Shown piece by piece: positions 29,389 to 43,706 of a stretch of 64,000 nucleotides of DNA; positions within the stretch are counted from its first letter, which is position 1, and every line of letters starts with the position of its first letter. The notes under the pieces were generated by a model, which was given only the letters and a program-made list of their open reading frames with translations, did no database searches and was not told the origin of the DNA. The position numbers and the translations under genes are program-made. The stretch covers positions 190,960,001 through 191,024,000 of the forward strand of contig OZ024742.1 in assembly GCA_964016885.1 (NCBI GenBank), read 5' to 3'. This DNA is from Eledone cirrhosa. Taxonomy: Eukaryota.

Positions 29389-31527
29389 AATAATAATAAT
29401 CGAAGAAATTTGACACCACGTGTACCATCCGAGTCTACCTCGACTGTTGTGGAAAATACTATCGATAATGATAATCAAAAGTATAAACAATTGAAAATTT
29501 CCCTCAACGAAATCTTCCAGAGAGAAATTAACTCATGTATAAATATCTCTCTTGCTGAACGTGTTAAAACGACAATGTTTAATAAAAAACCAAATAATGA
29601 AATACTACGTGTTTTTGACGAAATAGGGGATGAATATTTACGACGGATAAAAACCCCAACATCTTGGCAAATCAACGCCTGTTTATATGCCCTAGCAACG
29701 GCAGTGAAGCATTATCTTGGTGATAGCAGAGATATTAACAAGAACAGAACACCACCAAAAATACCATCATATATAACTAAAATAGAAAAAAAGATTGCTG
29801 ACCTACGAACAAACATAGGATATGTGACAATGCTACTTACATGCAAACAAAGACAAACAAACATCACTCCTCACCAACAAAGAGTGAACAATAAAATAGA
29901 GACAATGTTTGGTAACAGTAGAACCAGAACACTCCAATATAAGCTGATCACCCTCAAACAAGAATTCAGAGCTGTTAGCGAAAAACGCCGATACCTGAAG
30001 AAGGTAGATGAGAGAAAAGTGCTTAATAAAAGATTCAGACGACACCAAACATCAGTCTATAGAGATATGAAGGGCAAAAACCCCAGAAAGACATAGATTC
30101 CTTTTAGAGCAAAATATGAGGTGAAAAGAAGAATTTCAACCAAGATGCAGTGTGGCTAAGAGAAATCCGAAAGAACTATTGCTCCTACACTACAACAAAA
30201 AACATACGAAATAAGTGAGGGTACCCTTGAGACTGTGATAGGAAAACTCCAAGATAAGAAAACACCAGGAAGAGACATGATTGTCGGCTACTGGTACAAA
30301 AAACTGATATTCTATCGGAGGTATCTTACTGACCTCTACCAACAAGTTCTGAAGTGAGATACACTTATACCAGAATGGTTGACATTAGCACAAACATTAC
30401 TGATCCCCAAGAACAAAGACACCCACTTGGCAAAAAACTACCGACCCATTGCATGCCAGAACCTGATGTATCAGATGTATACAGCCTGCCTGAACCTATT
30501 CCTCCAAGATCACTGTGAAAATAATAACATCATCACAGATGAACAAGCAGCTGGAAACAAAGGGGTTTGGGGATGTGCTGAACAACTCCTAATCAACAAA
30601 ACTGCGATGTCGGACGTGCGACAACTTAGGAGGAATATGACTACAGTCTGGCTGGACTACAGGAAAGCTTTCGATTCTGTTCCTCACTCTTGGATGATAG
30701 AGCCCTCCAACTTGCTAAAGTTCCAGACATTATTGTCAGCGCCATAGAGAGGCTGTCTTCTTCTTGAGCTACTATCCTAAGGTTAAAGACAGAGAATGAG
30801 GACTCTATTTTCATTGATAAAATAAAATATTGCAGGGGTATATTTCAGGGGGAAAGTCTCTCTGTGATATTATTCATCTTATCATTAATCCCCTTGTCCT
30901 TTCTGCTCAAGAAATGTGAGGGATACATCATTGGCTCACAGGAGGACAGAAATACGAACCTAACCCATAATTTCTTTGTGGACGATCTGAAACTCTATGC
31001 CAAGAACATGGATGGGATGAAGAAAAATCTTGACCTGGTTACAACGTTCTCAAAGGATATAGGAATGGAATTTGGCCAAGATAAATGCTCATACACCACT
31101 GTAAAGCGGGGAAAAACAACAACCCAATCTAGCAACATTGTCATCAATGGCCTAACTGTTTCACCGATATTTGATGAGGACTGCTACAGATACCTGGGGA
31201 TAGATGCGAACATATCCTATAATCGTATCTGTTATAAAGAACGCGTAACCAGAGGATACTACACCCGTTTAAGAAAGATCTGGTCACCGCAACTCTCTGC
31301 GCAAAACAAAACAGTGGCTCACAGTGTGTTTGCTGTGCCTGTCCTAACACCAACGTTTGGAATACTCAATTGGACGATAGACGAAATCCGAGCAGTTGAT
31401 GTTGGAACTCGAAAAATACTGAACAACACCGGAAACTTCCACATCAACATTGATATAGACCGCCTTTACTTGAATCATAAGCAGGGAGGCAGAGGCCTAA
31501 CATCAGTCCAGACAGCATTTGAGAAAA

Positions 31528-31710
31528 AAGGGAGAAGAAAACATGCACAGTAGTGGAAATTAGCTGCCCAGCAGATGCCCATATAATGTCAAAGATTAGC
31601 GAAAAGGAGAATATTTATGCAGAACTGATGAGAAATCTGCAGATACGCCACCCTGATTACACCTTCAGATTTATGCCTGTGATTATTGGGGCATTTGTAT
31701 ATGTTAGTAA
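31528..31710 (+). repeat. Duplicated RLE segment inside the Dong element
   Basis: Near-identical to 32988-33170. Confidence 0.85.
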
Positions 31711-32044
31711 CGATCGGGTATCCATCCCGACTATTTCTATGTCCCCGCGCATATGCACATACATGCACACATGCATATACATGTATATACATAGATATGT
31801 ACATGTGTATATACATATTTACACATTTTTGGATGGCCGTTGCCTCTTATGAGTTCTTACGCTCTTTCTCCGCTTTTGTTTTTTGCCCTGCAGGGTGTCC
31901 AAAGCCCCCCCCCCCCCTCCCGCAGCAAGTAAACGTGGTGGGGTTGCCGGTTTAATCACCGACGACACGACCATGCGACAGGTTGTACTGGGTTACATGT
32001 TACCAGTAGTACTCAAGAGTGACCTGACATACATATATACCTAC

Positions 32045-32250
32045 ATTTGATATTGATGTTTGGGACCACACATTGAAAACATGCTCTGTTGGGAAGATTA
32101 ACTGCCCACTTGATGTCAACTTTGTAAGTAAAATACAAGAGAAAAGGGACATCTATAGACAATTGATGAGGAGTTTGCAAATTCAGCATCCATGATTCAC
32201 CTTCAGTTTCATACCTATCATCATTGTAGCTACAGGTTATATAAGTGAGG
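32045..32250 (+). mobile_element. Diverged second Dong-like RLE fragment
   Basis: Translates as IDVWDHTLKTCSVGKINCPLDVNFVSKIQEKRDIYRQLMRSLQIQHP*FTFSFIPIIIVATGYI, colinear with 32975-33165. Confidence 0.75.
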
Positions 32251-33552
32251 AAAGACTGTGCACTGAGCCAATTCCACTCTCTGAGCAACAGTAGCTATAA
32301 CCCGAAAAGAAGAAAAGATCAACATCATCGGTAACTACTGATACATACATACATACCTACATACATAGATAAGATCATGAGAGTTGGGAAGAAACTGATC
32401 GAGAGATATTCCCTGTGTGATAATCAAAAACTCACACCCAGGAATGTCGCTCAGCAGTATCGCAGTGAATCCATAGATTTAAAAACTGCATGCCTATCAG
32501 CAAAACATCATTCATGGATATGTTGCCATGAAGCTCCAGAGTGAGAGTAATATAGATAAGGAAAGTAGTTTATCTTGGTCCAACAACTGCTATATTGGCT
32601 CCTACTTTGAAGGATACGCTTTTTCAATCCAGGAACAGGAGGTTAACACGAAATACCTGATTCACAAAAGAGATAGGGATGCAGGCAAAACACCTAGATG
32701 TGATAACAAGTGCAGACTCTGCAGAACTAACATCGAGGATATCACCCATGTCATCAGCAGCTGTCCAAAGATGTCACCGCGGTACTATCTACCCATGAGG
32801 CGACGTAGTGGCCAAAACACTGTACAATGTGGTTCGTAAAAAAGATAGCCCAGATAATAAACACATTAAAAGCTACAGCAATGTGGAAGACATCCATGTA
32901 CATAATATGAAAGAGTACTGGTGGAATGTTCCACTAAAAACCCCAATAAAATGCAGGCATAACAGACCAGATATTATGATATGGGACAGGGAGAGGAAAA
33001 CATGCACAGTAGTGGACATTAGCTGCCCAGCAGATGCCAATATAATATCAAAGATTGGCGAAAAGGAGAATATTTATGCAGAACTGATGAGAAATCTGCA
33101 GATACGCCATCCTGATTACACCTTCAGATTTATGCCTGTGATTATTGGGGCACTGGGATATGTTAGTAACTGCCTCAATACAAATCTTGAGAAGCTAGGC
33201 TTCACAGGAACAGAAAGAACACAACTAGTTAGGACATTACAAGTATAATCCATTAATGGAGCAGTAAAAATATGTAAAACATTCCAAAAATGTTGCATCT
33301 AATAACTGCATATACACATGTGCAGATGCAAAGCATATACACATACACACATACAGCTCAAAACATACACATTCACACATACAATAACATCAATATCTAC
33401 ACATGCATGCATACATATCTACCTAGTTGATGTTGTGTAAATTCCAATGAGAGAGTCTTGGTCTATGTTAGAAACCGACTATCTCTCTCTTTTGGTAAAA
33501 CTTTGTGAAATCATACATACATACACACATATATACAAGCAACTATCATTAT

Positions 33553-33745
33553 TGGTGGATTGGCAGTATCGGTAGGGGGTCGGATGCCATGCTTTGACAC
33601 ATAGAGTTACAGCCCTTTCCATTCTGAGTTCAAATCACGCCGAGGTCAGCTTTGCCTTTCATCCTTACGCGGTCGATAAAATAAAGTACCAGTAATGTAC
33701 CGAGATAATTCCTGGCCTTCTGCCAAAAGTAGAAACAATTATTAT
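33553..33745 (+). mobile_element. tRNA-derived SINE (190-bp family)
   Basis: Full copy. Confidence 0.85.
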
Positions 33746-33965
33746 GAGAAAATGGGGGCCCACAGGCTGGCCGCCCCACCTTCACGGCGGACAGAACCAA
33801 TTGTGGATGTTTAACTTGTAAATTGTTTCACTAAACTAGTATTTTCAGAAATTAAATCCACTACTACTTCTTCTCTCCCTCAACTTTGCAGTTACAATTA
33901 TTATTTCCTGTTTCACATTCATTATTTCAGCGACGCCATGCCAAAAAGTAGAAACAATTATGAAA

Positions 33966-34352
33966 TAATTGTTTCTACTTTAGGCACAAGGCCAGCAAAT
34001 ACCCAGTGCATTACTGGTACTTTATTTATCGACCCCGTAAGGATGAAACGTAAAGTCAACCTCGGCGGGATATGAACTCAGGTCGTAAAGGGACGTAACT
34101 ATGCTGGGAAGCATGGCGTCCGACCCTCTACCGATACTGCCAATTCACCGCCCATTATTTCATAATGCCGGTGGATTGGTAGTATTGGTAGAGGGTCGGA
34201 CGCCATGCTTTGACGCATAGAATTACGGCCCTTGCCATTCTAAGTTCAAATCTCGCCGAGGTTAACTTTGCCTTACGGGGTCGATAAAATAAAGTACCAG
34301 TAATGCACTGAGATAATTGCCGGCCTTGTGCCATAAGCAGAAACAATTATTT
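33966..34352. mobile_element. Head-to-head pair of SINEs
   Basis: 33966-34153 (minus) and 34169-34352 (plus), about 15 bp apart. Confidence 0.85.
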
Positions 34353-35809
34353 CATTATCTAGCTTTCAATTTTTGTACAACTCCACATTCCGTATATCAA
34401 TCTTATCGTACCCATCACATCATTTTATCTGAATTTCTTTTTCTGACACTATCGATTTCGCTGTATGAATCTGTCAATCATTGTTTTCCACTATTCCAAT
34501 TCAATCATTACATTTTGTCATTATGGAGCCTCCCCGCCCTTTCACGAAACCCTGTCGTATGATATTTGTAATTTATGGGTTGAGAGGGAGGAAGTGTATA
34601 TATTTGCCTGCCACCCTATGTATTAATTAGTGAACGCTACATAAATGCATACATACATAGATACATGTGTACATACATGCGTACGTACATACTTACATGC
34701 GTACATATATACTTACGTACATACATGCGTACGTACATACTTACATGCTTGCATACATACCGTACATACGTACATAAATCATACATACATGCATACATGC
34801 ATACATGCATACATAGGTGCGTATGTGTTTCCAAAGAGTAGCCAGTGTCTGTCCCTGGATGGCATATTTCCATATATGGTGCTAAATTTGTTGCTAACAT
34901 CAATGGAGGGTGGCAGTGCTGGAGAAGACCTGCCCTGCCTGGACAACTATTGGAAAGCAGCTGTTAAAATGGTAATGTCTCTGGATTAACTGATAGAATT
35001 ACACTGTTTGTTATATTTATAAGTATATTTTCAATAAATGAGATTGTTCTTTTTTTTTTTCTGTGTCTTTATTGTTGTTTTATGATGTAGAATCAGTTTC
35101 ACAAGTCCTTTTCTGTTTTCATTCTACCCCACGGTCTTCCTAATACTGGTAAAATCAGCATTATTAATTGCCTTAAACGTTCCCCGCAGAGTTGGTGCTG
35201 CCTCTGGAGTTAGCAAGTAAGGAATTTATTTTGAAATTTGTTAACATATATTACGGAATGGATGTGGGACTTTAGAATTTTAGGTCTTTCCAATGTCTAA
35301 TCCAATCGTTCCTAACATTTTCTCTCTCAATTTCTTTTATTTAAATAACATTTCCCTACAAACACTGTACTTCAATTCCTCTCCTCCTAGATTGTTATAT
35401 AGTGAGAATAACTACCAAAAAGTGAAATGTATACACCAAGAAAAGAATAGATATTCAATAGTATGTTTTAAATGCAGTTCTTGAAATTTTTATTCAGTCA
35501 GAATAACAATGAAAACAGAGAAATATTTAGACTTAGATCCCAAATAGCATATGTATGTCATGTTTTTAACATAATATTGTTATGGTTATAGTTAGAAAAC
35601 AATACTTACCAGTAGTGTGTATATATCATGTTTTTACATGATATACACAACCCCCAGTTCTTCCCTAACGGAAGTGAAAATGTTCAGTGATTAAATTATT
35701 TGTCTTGACTCAACAGATCTATGCAAATGATAAATTTAACAAAGAATATCAAACTATTGGATAATCCTGGTGTGGTTATGTCTGATAATCCATCCCACCG
35801 ACCCAGGGT

Positions 35810-36510
35810 CCCTCGCTCTACTTGATTACAAATCTGCCCTCCCCAAACAGCTCTAAAAGAGAGTACACCTTCAACGAAATGGCTCGCATACGCAACCGGT
35901 GCGGCAACGCTTCTAATAGAGCTACCCATATCAGACGATTCTGCTAGGTACTAGAGATTAACGGCTATCCAGTTTCCTTCTCCACCCCACAACGAAACCC
36001 CAGATACAGAGACCGACCAACACAAACAACAGTTGCTCCTTCAAGATCCCACATCACAGCCTGGAAACCACCAACGCCATACGCAAAGCCAACAGAAGAG
36101 AGGGCCTCAATATCAAACTAGCTCACTCTGGACCTTCCCTGTGAAAATGCCTCTCCACAAGGCAACCCCCAAACGAGGATAATGGATGCAACCTAGCCAA
36201 TTGCCCTATCCGCAACACTAATTGTTGCCTACGTAGTATACAGGCTAGAATGTAACAAATGCAATCTATTTGACATAGGCAGCACTATTCGACCGTTACA
36301 TCTCCGTATTAAAGAGCATATTAACACCAACCCCTCTCCCATCCGCAAACACATCGTCAAATGCGGAAATCGGGACAACATTACCATCACAATCTTAGTT
36401 ACCGAACACAGTATAGGCACGCTGAGAACTAAGGAAGACATCTTAATCAAGCAATTAAAACCTAGGATTAATAATCGAATGGAAAGAAGTGCACCAGAAT
36501 GGTTAATTTA
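35810..36510 (+). mobile_element. PLE C-terminal fragment (thumb plus GIY-YIG, tentatively Poseidon-like)
   Basis: CNLANCPI...VYRLECNKC..DIGSTIRPLHLRIKEH...E.ILIKQLKPRINNR.E. Confidence 0.8.
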
Positions 36511-37388
36511 AAAGTCTGTATTCCAACATCCCAGTGGCCCGTTTCTAGACTCACACACACACACACATACATATAGCACACACATATTTTCCCTGTTTAT
36601 TATATACATATTCGCCCACGTCTTTCAATACATAAATTTACATAGAAACATCCTACTTACACACTTACATTCACGCACACACATGCATATATCAAACACT
36701 TTTCTGCAAACATTTCACAACTCGCATGTTCGAAATTGTAACGTCTTTTCATTTCATTTAAATTAAATCTGACTTCCAAACAAGTCAACTCCGAACGATC
36801 TTTTAAGTCTCTCCTACGGGTACTACCTTGATAACGGCTTTTTAAACTCATATTTTGGATCATGAAATTTGCTAAGGTAAGATTCTTTTGTTATCTTAGC
36901 AATTTAATTTTTTTTCTAAAGCATTGTTTCGTTTTCAAAATTACTTAAATTTGTTTTATATATATATAGAATTCACAAGAATCAAAGCTATGTTCAAAGC
37001 ATTTATTCACTTACAATTGTTTCATCCAAACCTAGGCTTGTCGCCTTCGGAGCATCTTTCAATATTTGAACACATAATTGACCTCCTTTCCAACGCAAGA
37101 GACATACAGATACATATATATATATTGATGTACAGTGGAGTGACATATATTATACTATATTATTTCTGTATAGCAATTCAAATTCAAAATCAAAATTAAA
37201 ATTAAAACAAAATTAAAATACATTCGGCAGTTAACACAGCTTTGATTCTTGTGAATTCTATATAACTGCTCTGTAGAACAACTGATGTTATTACATTGAG
37301 CTATTTATCTTACTGGTAATAGGGTAGTAATAAATTACTGACCTTCACTGTTTAGGGTTTAAAATATACATAACCATAAATAGTATCC

Positions 37389-37427
<39 letters not shown>

Positions 37428-37548
37428 AAAAATGAAACGAAATTTCATTTCTCACTCTTAGTACGGCTGTTACTTAAATATAAGTATATACGTACATACA
37501 TATATGTATACAGACGTACAGTAGTATGTATATATATATACATACATG

Positions 37549-37625
<77 letters not shown>

Positions 37626-37743
37626 GTATGGATTCACCGAATATTTATTATAATGCCTGGTGTGTTTGTTAACAAACATCCCGAATTAAGCCGTACAGTG
37701 TCTAGCAACCATCGTTGCTCATTTGTTCAACACTGACAAAGGA

Positions 37744-37786
37744 ACGCTGTACTAGTTTCAAGCTTATTAGCTATCGTCAGCAACGT
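37744..37786 (-). ncRNA. Minimal type I hammerhead ribozyme (family H)
   Basis: Minus strand reads acgttg-CTGACGA-tagct-aata-agctt-GAAAC-TA-GTA-cagcgt. Confidence 0.8.
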
Positions 37787-37998
37787 ATACCTTCCTGCCA
37801 GATTATTGAAATCTGAAAGTATATACTTTCCTTATGCATATTAACGGCATTTGCATATCGAGTGAGTTAATCGGCCGGGGTACCGAAAACGATAAACGAA
37901 AAAAAATGAAACGAAATTTCATTTCTCACTCTTAGTACGGCTGTTATTAAATATAAGTATGTATATTTCAGACGTTCAATTATCTGGCAGGAATGTAT

Positions 37999-38041
37999 AC
38001 GTTGCTGACGATAGTTAATAAGCTTGAAACTAGTACAGCGT
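37999..38041 (+). ncRNA. Minimal type I hammerhead ribozyme (family H)
   Basis: acgttg-CTGACGA-tagttaataagctt-GAAAC-TA-GTA-cagcgt. Confidence 0.8.
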
Positions 38042-38246
38042 TCCTTTGTCAGTGTTGAACAAATGAACAACGATGGTTGCTAGACACTGTACGGCTTAAT
38101 TCGGGATGTTTGTTTACAAACACACCGAACATTATAATAAATGTTCGGTGAATCCATACGTACATATATATATATGTGTGCATGCATGTATATATATATA
38201 CATACTACTGTACGTCCGTATACATATATGTATATACGTATACATA

Positions 38247-38322
<76 letters not shown>

Positions 38323-38349
38323 TACATACATACACAGACACACATATAT

Positions 38350-38895
38350 AAACATAATCATCACTAACTCACTACATAAAATAGTACAACATGGGAGATG
38401 ATGACTCAGTAAATAGTCTTTTGATGATAATCCGACAATACACGCATATAATCTGTTAGAAATGAACAGATGATTTAATCTTGCAAACAAACAAGATGGA
38501 ATCATTCATTATATATTGATTGAAGATCTCAGCTAAAATTCTATAGTTGTTGCTTACGGAAACACAATGTATAATAAAATAGTAAAAATAACATAAAGCT
38601 GGGATCTGTAGCAATGGGGCCTCAACATGTTTGTATGAGACTTTTAAGTAGTTGCATTGTCGGATTTACTTCCTCCTAACTAAGCTTAACCTCACTGCGA
38701 ATTAGACGTTATTAAGGTGCAAAAGAAAAGGCCATTGACAATGTCAGTTAATCTTCTTGTCGCTAGTGTAAACAATAGCAAAGTAGGCTTTAGTCAGCTA
38801 TCAGACGGAGATTAACAGTAATACGGTAAAAGAAATACTATAATGGCAATGGAATTTCATACTTCAGATCATGAGAGCTCTGTCTAAAATTTTTA
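38350..38895. repeat. Approximately 550-bp dispersed repeat
   Basis: Colinear direct copy at 55030-55578. Confidence 0.85.
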
Positions 38896-39203
38896 CAGTA
38901 AGTCTTCCAATTATATTCAGAAGCACATTGAACTGTTGTGAAACATTATCTTTCCTCAAGACAATAATCGATATAACAATGATTGTACAACGGTTCTACC
39001 CCGACTCTCACACACAAACAAACGATACAAAATGTTTCTGGAATGGAATATCTATATAAAGACATATATAAAGACACAGACACACACACAAACACGCCCT
39101 CTCACACACACATAAACTAACACACACACACACAAACACACACACACGTATATAAATATATATATCTACACACACATACACGCACACGCACACACACACA
39201 CAC

Positions 39204-39283
<80 letters not shown>

Positions 39284-39570
39284 ATAGATAGATGGAGAGG
39301 AGGTGGGTGGCGAAACAGTATGAATAGAAGGATTTTGTCTATTTCATGTTTGTCTCGTGCTAAATTATGTTTACCGAATTATATACACATATATTTCAAG
39401 TGTTAAACTAATATATTTCTTCAATGTACTGTGTCATTTGCTAGCCACAAAATGGTTGAAAATCCGTTCAATGAAACACGAATTTGTTGTAGAACTAACT
39501 TGAGATCGAACTCGTCCTTTTCACTGAATGCTCTACTTGCTACGCATATAAGCTTCATGATTTTAACCAC

Positions 39571-42500
39571 TATATATATATGGGATAACAAGTTATCGTT
39601 ATAGTTATCCAATTAGAGGTTGTGAGTACTCTGCGTCGTTAATGCCTGAAATAAAGCCCCTTGTTGTACAGCCAACCATGTTACTCTTCATTCTTTCACT
39701 ATTATTACTCCAAGTATAACCTATATAGGAATTCCCGCGAACTCGCTGTCTAACTATGGAAACATCTTGTTGAGTCAAACAAAGCCGTACGTTAAAATTA
39801 TCCACGCCGCAGAGTACTCACAACCTCTAACTGGATTACCTATAACGATAACTTGTTATCCCATATAGGTTGAACATTAACGTATGGCAGTAACATTGAA
39901 AAGCACCACATAGCCATGTCCTTGAAAAACATACCTATACCTACAAAAAAGGACTATACACTCGGCATGATACAGCGTACTAATGACTTCATCCGTCGAA
40001 TCCGATGGAAGGCCTACCATTACAACAAAGGACACGCTAATAAGACGGAGGAATTTACAAGGAAAAAATACGGATTCAAATCGCAAAACTCCACCAGATA
40101 ACCCCAGCGCGATGCCTTCGAACTCGACCTCATGAACATGATAAGTGGAACCTTTTAAAAAAAACGGACACATCACAACAAACTGCAAAACGACATCAAT
40201 GCACTACTAAAAAAATTACGCAGTACCCACGCTATTATAGTAAAAGCGGACAAAACATCAAACGTATACACCATGAGCCTTAATACATACAATAACTTTA
40301 TACGCCGTGAACTGCACAAAAAATACAAGAAAACAACAGAATCTGCACTCACTAGCATTAATAAGGAAGGACTTAGCATAATAAAAAAAAATGAAAATAT
40401 CTTATAGAACCGAGCCTCTAACCCCTTGTAACCCCACATTTAACCTAAAGGATCACAAAAATAATTTCGAACCAGACCCCGTAATTAGATTAATATGCCT
40501 ATCGAAGTCGGATATAGGTAGAATTAACTGGATAGAGTATTCGCACAAATCAAGGACAAACTAGTAATTAAGCTATGAGGTAACACTAACGAAGCAATAG
40601 TCTGGTTCAGCAAAATAGACAGTAGAGAAACATTCAACTTCGTACAGTTCGACATTAATGACTACTACCCATCCATTTCCCCAGTCACCCTAGTTAAAGC
40701 GCTAACCTTTGCCCAGAAAAATTCGGAGCTTACCTCGGACGAAATTAAAATAATACTAGCTGCTAGGAGAACTATCATTAGATTCGAAAATAGTTATTGG
40801 GAACGAACAAACAAACAGAATAGCTTTGATATCACAATGGGATCTAATGACTCAGCACAGGTAACGCACAACTTACATAACGAATGCAATAACTTCCAGG
40901 GAGGAATTTATAGAGACGACACACTCCTTTTAGCCAAAAACTTAAATAATCAAAACATGGAAAAATTGCGGAAAAACATCAGAGTCTTCTTCAACAAACT
41001 AGGCCTAGGTATCACGCTCGAACTTAACTCTAAAAAAGCAAACTTCTTAGATGTAACACTCAACCTAAACACGGGATTAATAGAGCCCTTAGATAAAAAT
41101 AACGAGAATCTAGCCTACATTAGTTATAACTCAAACCACCCCCGATCCATAATTAACTCCATAGCACATAGTATATCCCTCAGAATATCCCGCCTATCTT
41201 CTAACCTAGAGATTTTTAACGAACACGCAAACTATTATCACATAGCTTTATATAAGTCAGGACATAAAGAGGGGCTCGAATACATACCAGATAGAGACGG
41301 CAACAACAAACCAAACGACAACTACACTACCCACACATAGTTAAATAACAAACATAGGACTAAATATACAATTAGACAACGAGCACCAAAAATAACTGAA
41401 CCGAACACTAACATAGGGATCCCTAAGTACTATAGAAGATCCAGAGATAGGAAATACTTATGGTTCAATCCAATATTCAACTCCTCTATAAAAATTAAAC
41501 TACCTTCTATATTCTTTAAGCTAATCGACAAACACTTCCCTAAACAACATAAATACCATAGAATCTTTAATAGAAGAACTATCAAACTACCTTACTCTAC
41601 TGCAGCCAACATAGAATCACACATACATAAAATCAACCACAAAAATATCTCTAAAGAAAATAACCTACCAACATACACCATAGCACCAAATACAAAACGC
41701 AAGCACATAACAACATCGCAACCACAAACACATCAGGGCGCATCACAACAAAACACTAATAGGCCTAAATCTCAACCCACCCACAACAACATACAAAACC
41801 GCAACGGAGAACCTGTACACAGAAAAGCCTCCAACTATAATTGCCACCAACCGGATAAGTGCCCACAACAAAATAGATGCCTGGATTCGAGTATGGTGTA
41901 CCTGTGTACTGTAAATTCAGGCAACTCTACTTGTCACTACATAGGTTCCACGGCTGGGGAGTTAAAAAAAAGGTGGTAAGATCACAGACACTCCATGAAG
42001 AACCGTAGACTGGAGAACTCTACAACGCTCGCGAATAAAATCTGGCAGCTTAAAAACACAAACCAGGAATATAGGATTAGCTGGTCAAAATTATCGGTAG
42101 CAAGGGCCTACAACAATGGAATGTCCAACTGCGGACTTTACAATATGGAGCTATTCCATATTTTAAGGTATGATGAGATGCTGCTTAACAGCAAAATAGA
42201 AAGATCAATTTTCTGTAGGCAGAAATAGCTACCAAGTTCACAAATTTCAAACCACCGTGATTCGAGCCAGCAATCCCAAAATTAGAACAGAACCACCTGA
42301 ATTTTAATATGCCATCACACCGCTATTAGCTGTCAAGCGACCGACTGGTCACTAGATCATAAATCTCTTAACATCGCTTTCACCCTCTCTCCCTGAAACC
42401 GCATCAACCCCATTAAGACAAGACGATCAGCAAAACATTTACCACACACATTTGTCAAACCTCCCTTCACCATCCATCCTTAGCCCGAGGGTCTCATACT

Positions 42501-43032
42501 AGTAGCTCCCAATTAATCTCTAATTTATTGCTTTTTCTTTTATCTGTCACTACCTCGTACTTCTACACGTATCTATGTAGGTTTCGAATATGACTTTTCA
42601 TGTTAGCACTAAATCCACCACAGAATCCAATTATGGACACTTACTCACCACCACCACTATCATATTCTGTACTTATATGCTCTCACTTATCCTTATTTCT
42701 TTATATTTCTATTATTTTTTCATTCTCTTACTTTTTTACTCTATCTTTTTTCTTATCTTTTACTATTTACATCTGTAACTTCTTTACATATTTATTATAT
42801 ATAATTTATTATTGATGTTATTGTTTTGATGATACGCCATTTCTCTATATATATCTTGCCATGAATGAATTATTTTTGTATTCCGAGGTAAATAATAGAA
42901 TGGAGATCGAGTGACGCAACTTCGAGCAATTAGCGGCCTCTTGACTCACCTGATCAATGAAACAATTGTTAATACCTGAAATAAAGCCCTTTGTTGTACA
43001 GCCGACCATGTTACTCATCATTCTTTCACTGT
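39571..43032 (+). mobile_element. Near full-length PLE with terminal direct repeat and 5' inverted piece; ORF pseudogenised
   Basis: SLKNIPIP...RRIRWKA N-terminus, FVQFDINDYYPSI, MGSNDSAQV, YRDD, and MVYLC..HYIGST. 39640-39701 matches 42970-43031. 39575-39637 is inverted relative to 39808-39868. Same lineage as 9896-12220. Confidence 0.92.
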
Positions 43033-43053
43033 ATATATATATATTTATTTTTT

Positions 43054-43123
<70 letters not shown>

Positions 43124-43358
43124 ATATATAAAAAAGATAACTTTTTCGCTCTACATGGCTGAATACAATGAATGTAATCTGAGTTTTTCGAATATTAATA
43201 ATAACATTCGATTCAGAAGATCCCGTTAAGGGTGAAAGCAGCGATTCTTTGCTTAAACTGTAATGTTATTTTAATAAATATTTGCTCTACGGTTCTTATA
43301 TATTTGATTGATCCTTATCGAGCCCTCTTTGGATTTTACTCTTCAAATTTACTATTAT

Positions 43359-43403
<45 letters not shown>

Positions 43404-43486
43404 GTAGGAGGTGAGTTTTATTGTAGTACAATAAAGCAATGCAGATATCGGATAAGAAGCACTCTACAGTTTGTAGGACTAGAGTA

Positions 43487-43706
43487 TACATAATATATAA
43501 GATCAAAAGATGGTTAAAAGAGTACCATGTATTTTATTATGCGCATTTCAAAAACAAATATCATCATGCAATAACATTTGTGTTTTCATCAGATAAAATA
43601 TTTTATCTGATGAAAACACAAATGTTATTGCATGATGATATTTGATTTTGAAATGCGCATAATAAAATACATGGAACTCTTTTAACCATCTTTTGATCTT
43701 ATATAT

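Larger units (their letters stand above)
29401..33510 (+). mobile_element. Dong/R4-type non-LTR retrotransposon (RT, CCHC, restriction-like endonuclease), disrupted and with nested inserts
   Basis: NYRPIAC, WLDYRKAFDSVPH, GIFQG.SLS, FVDDLKLY, YRYLG, RLYL...GGRGL, then CRLC...EDITHVISSC and RPDIMIWD...DISCP...K..IY. Preceded by (TAA)5. Confidence 0.92.
37421..38250. mobile_element. Retrozyme-like family H: greater-than-unit minus copy joined to a plus copy
   Basis: 37425-37490 recurs at 37898-37965. The plus-strand copy spans 37966-38250. TA tracts at both ends. Confidence 0.85.

Noticed and set aside
38515-38578. TTGAAGA...GAAAC-acaat-GTA, also at 55205-55262
   Set aside because: Core C3 is absent in both copies and helices I and II pair poorly.
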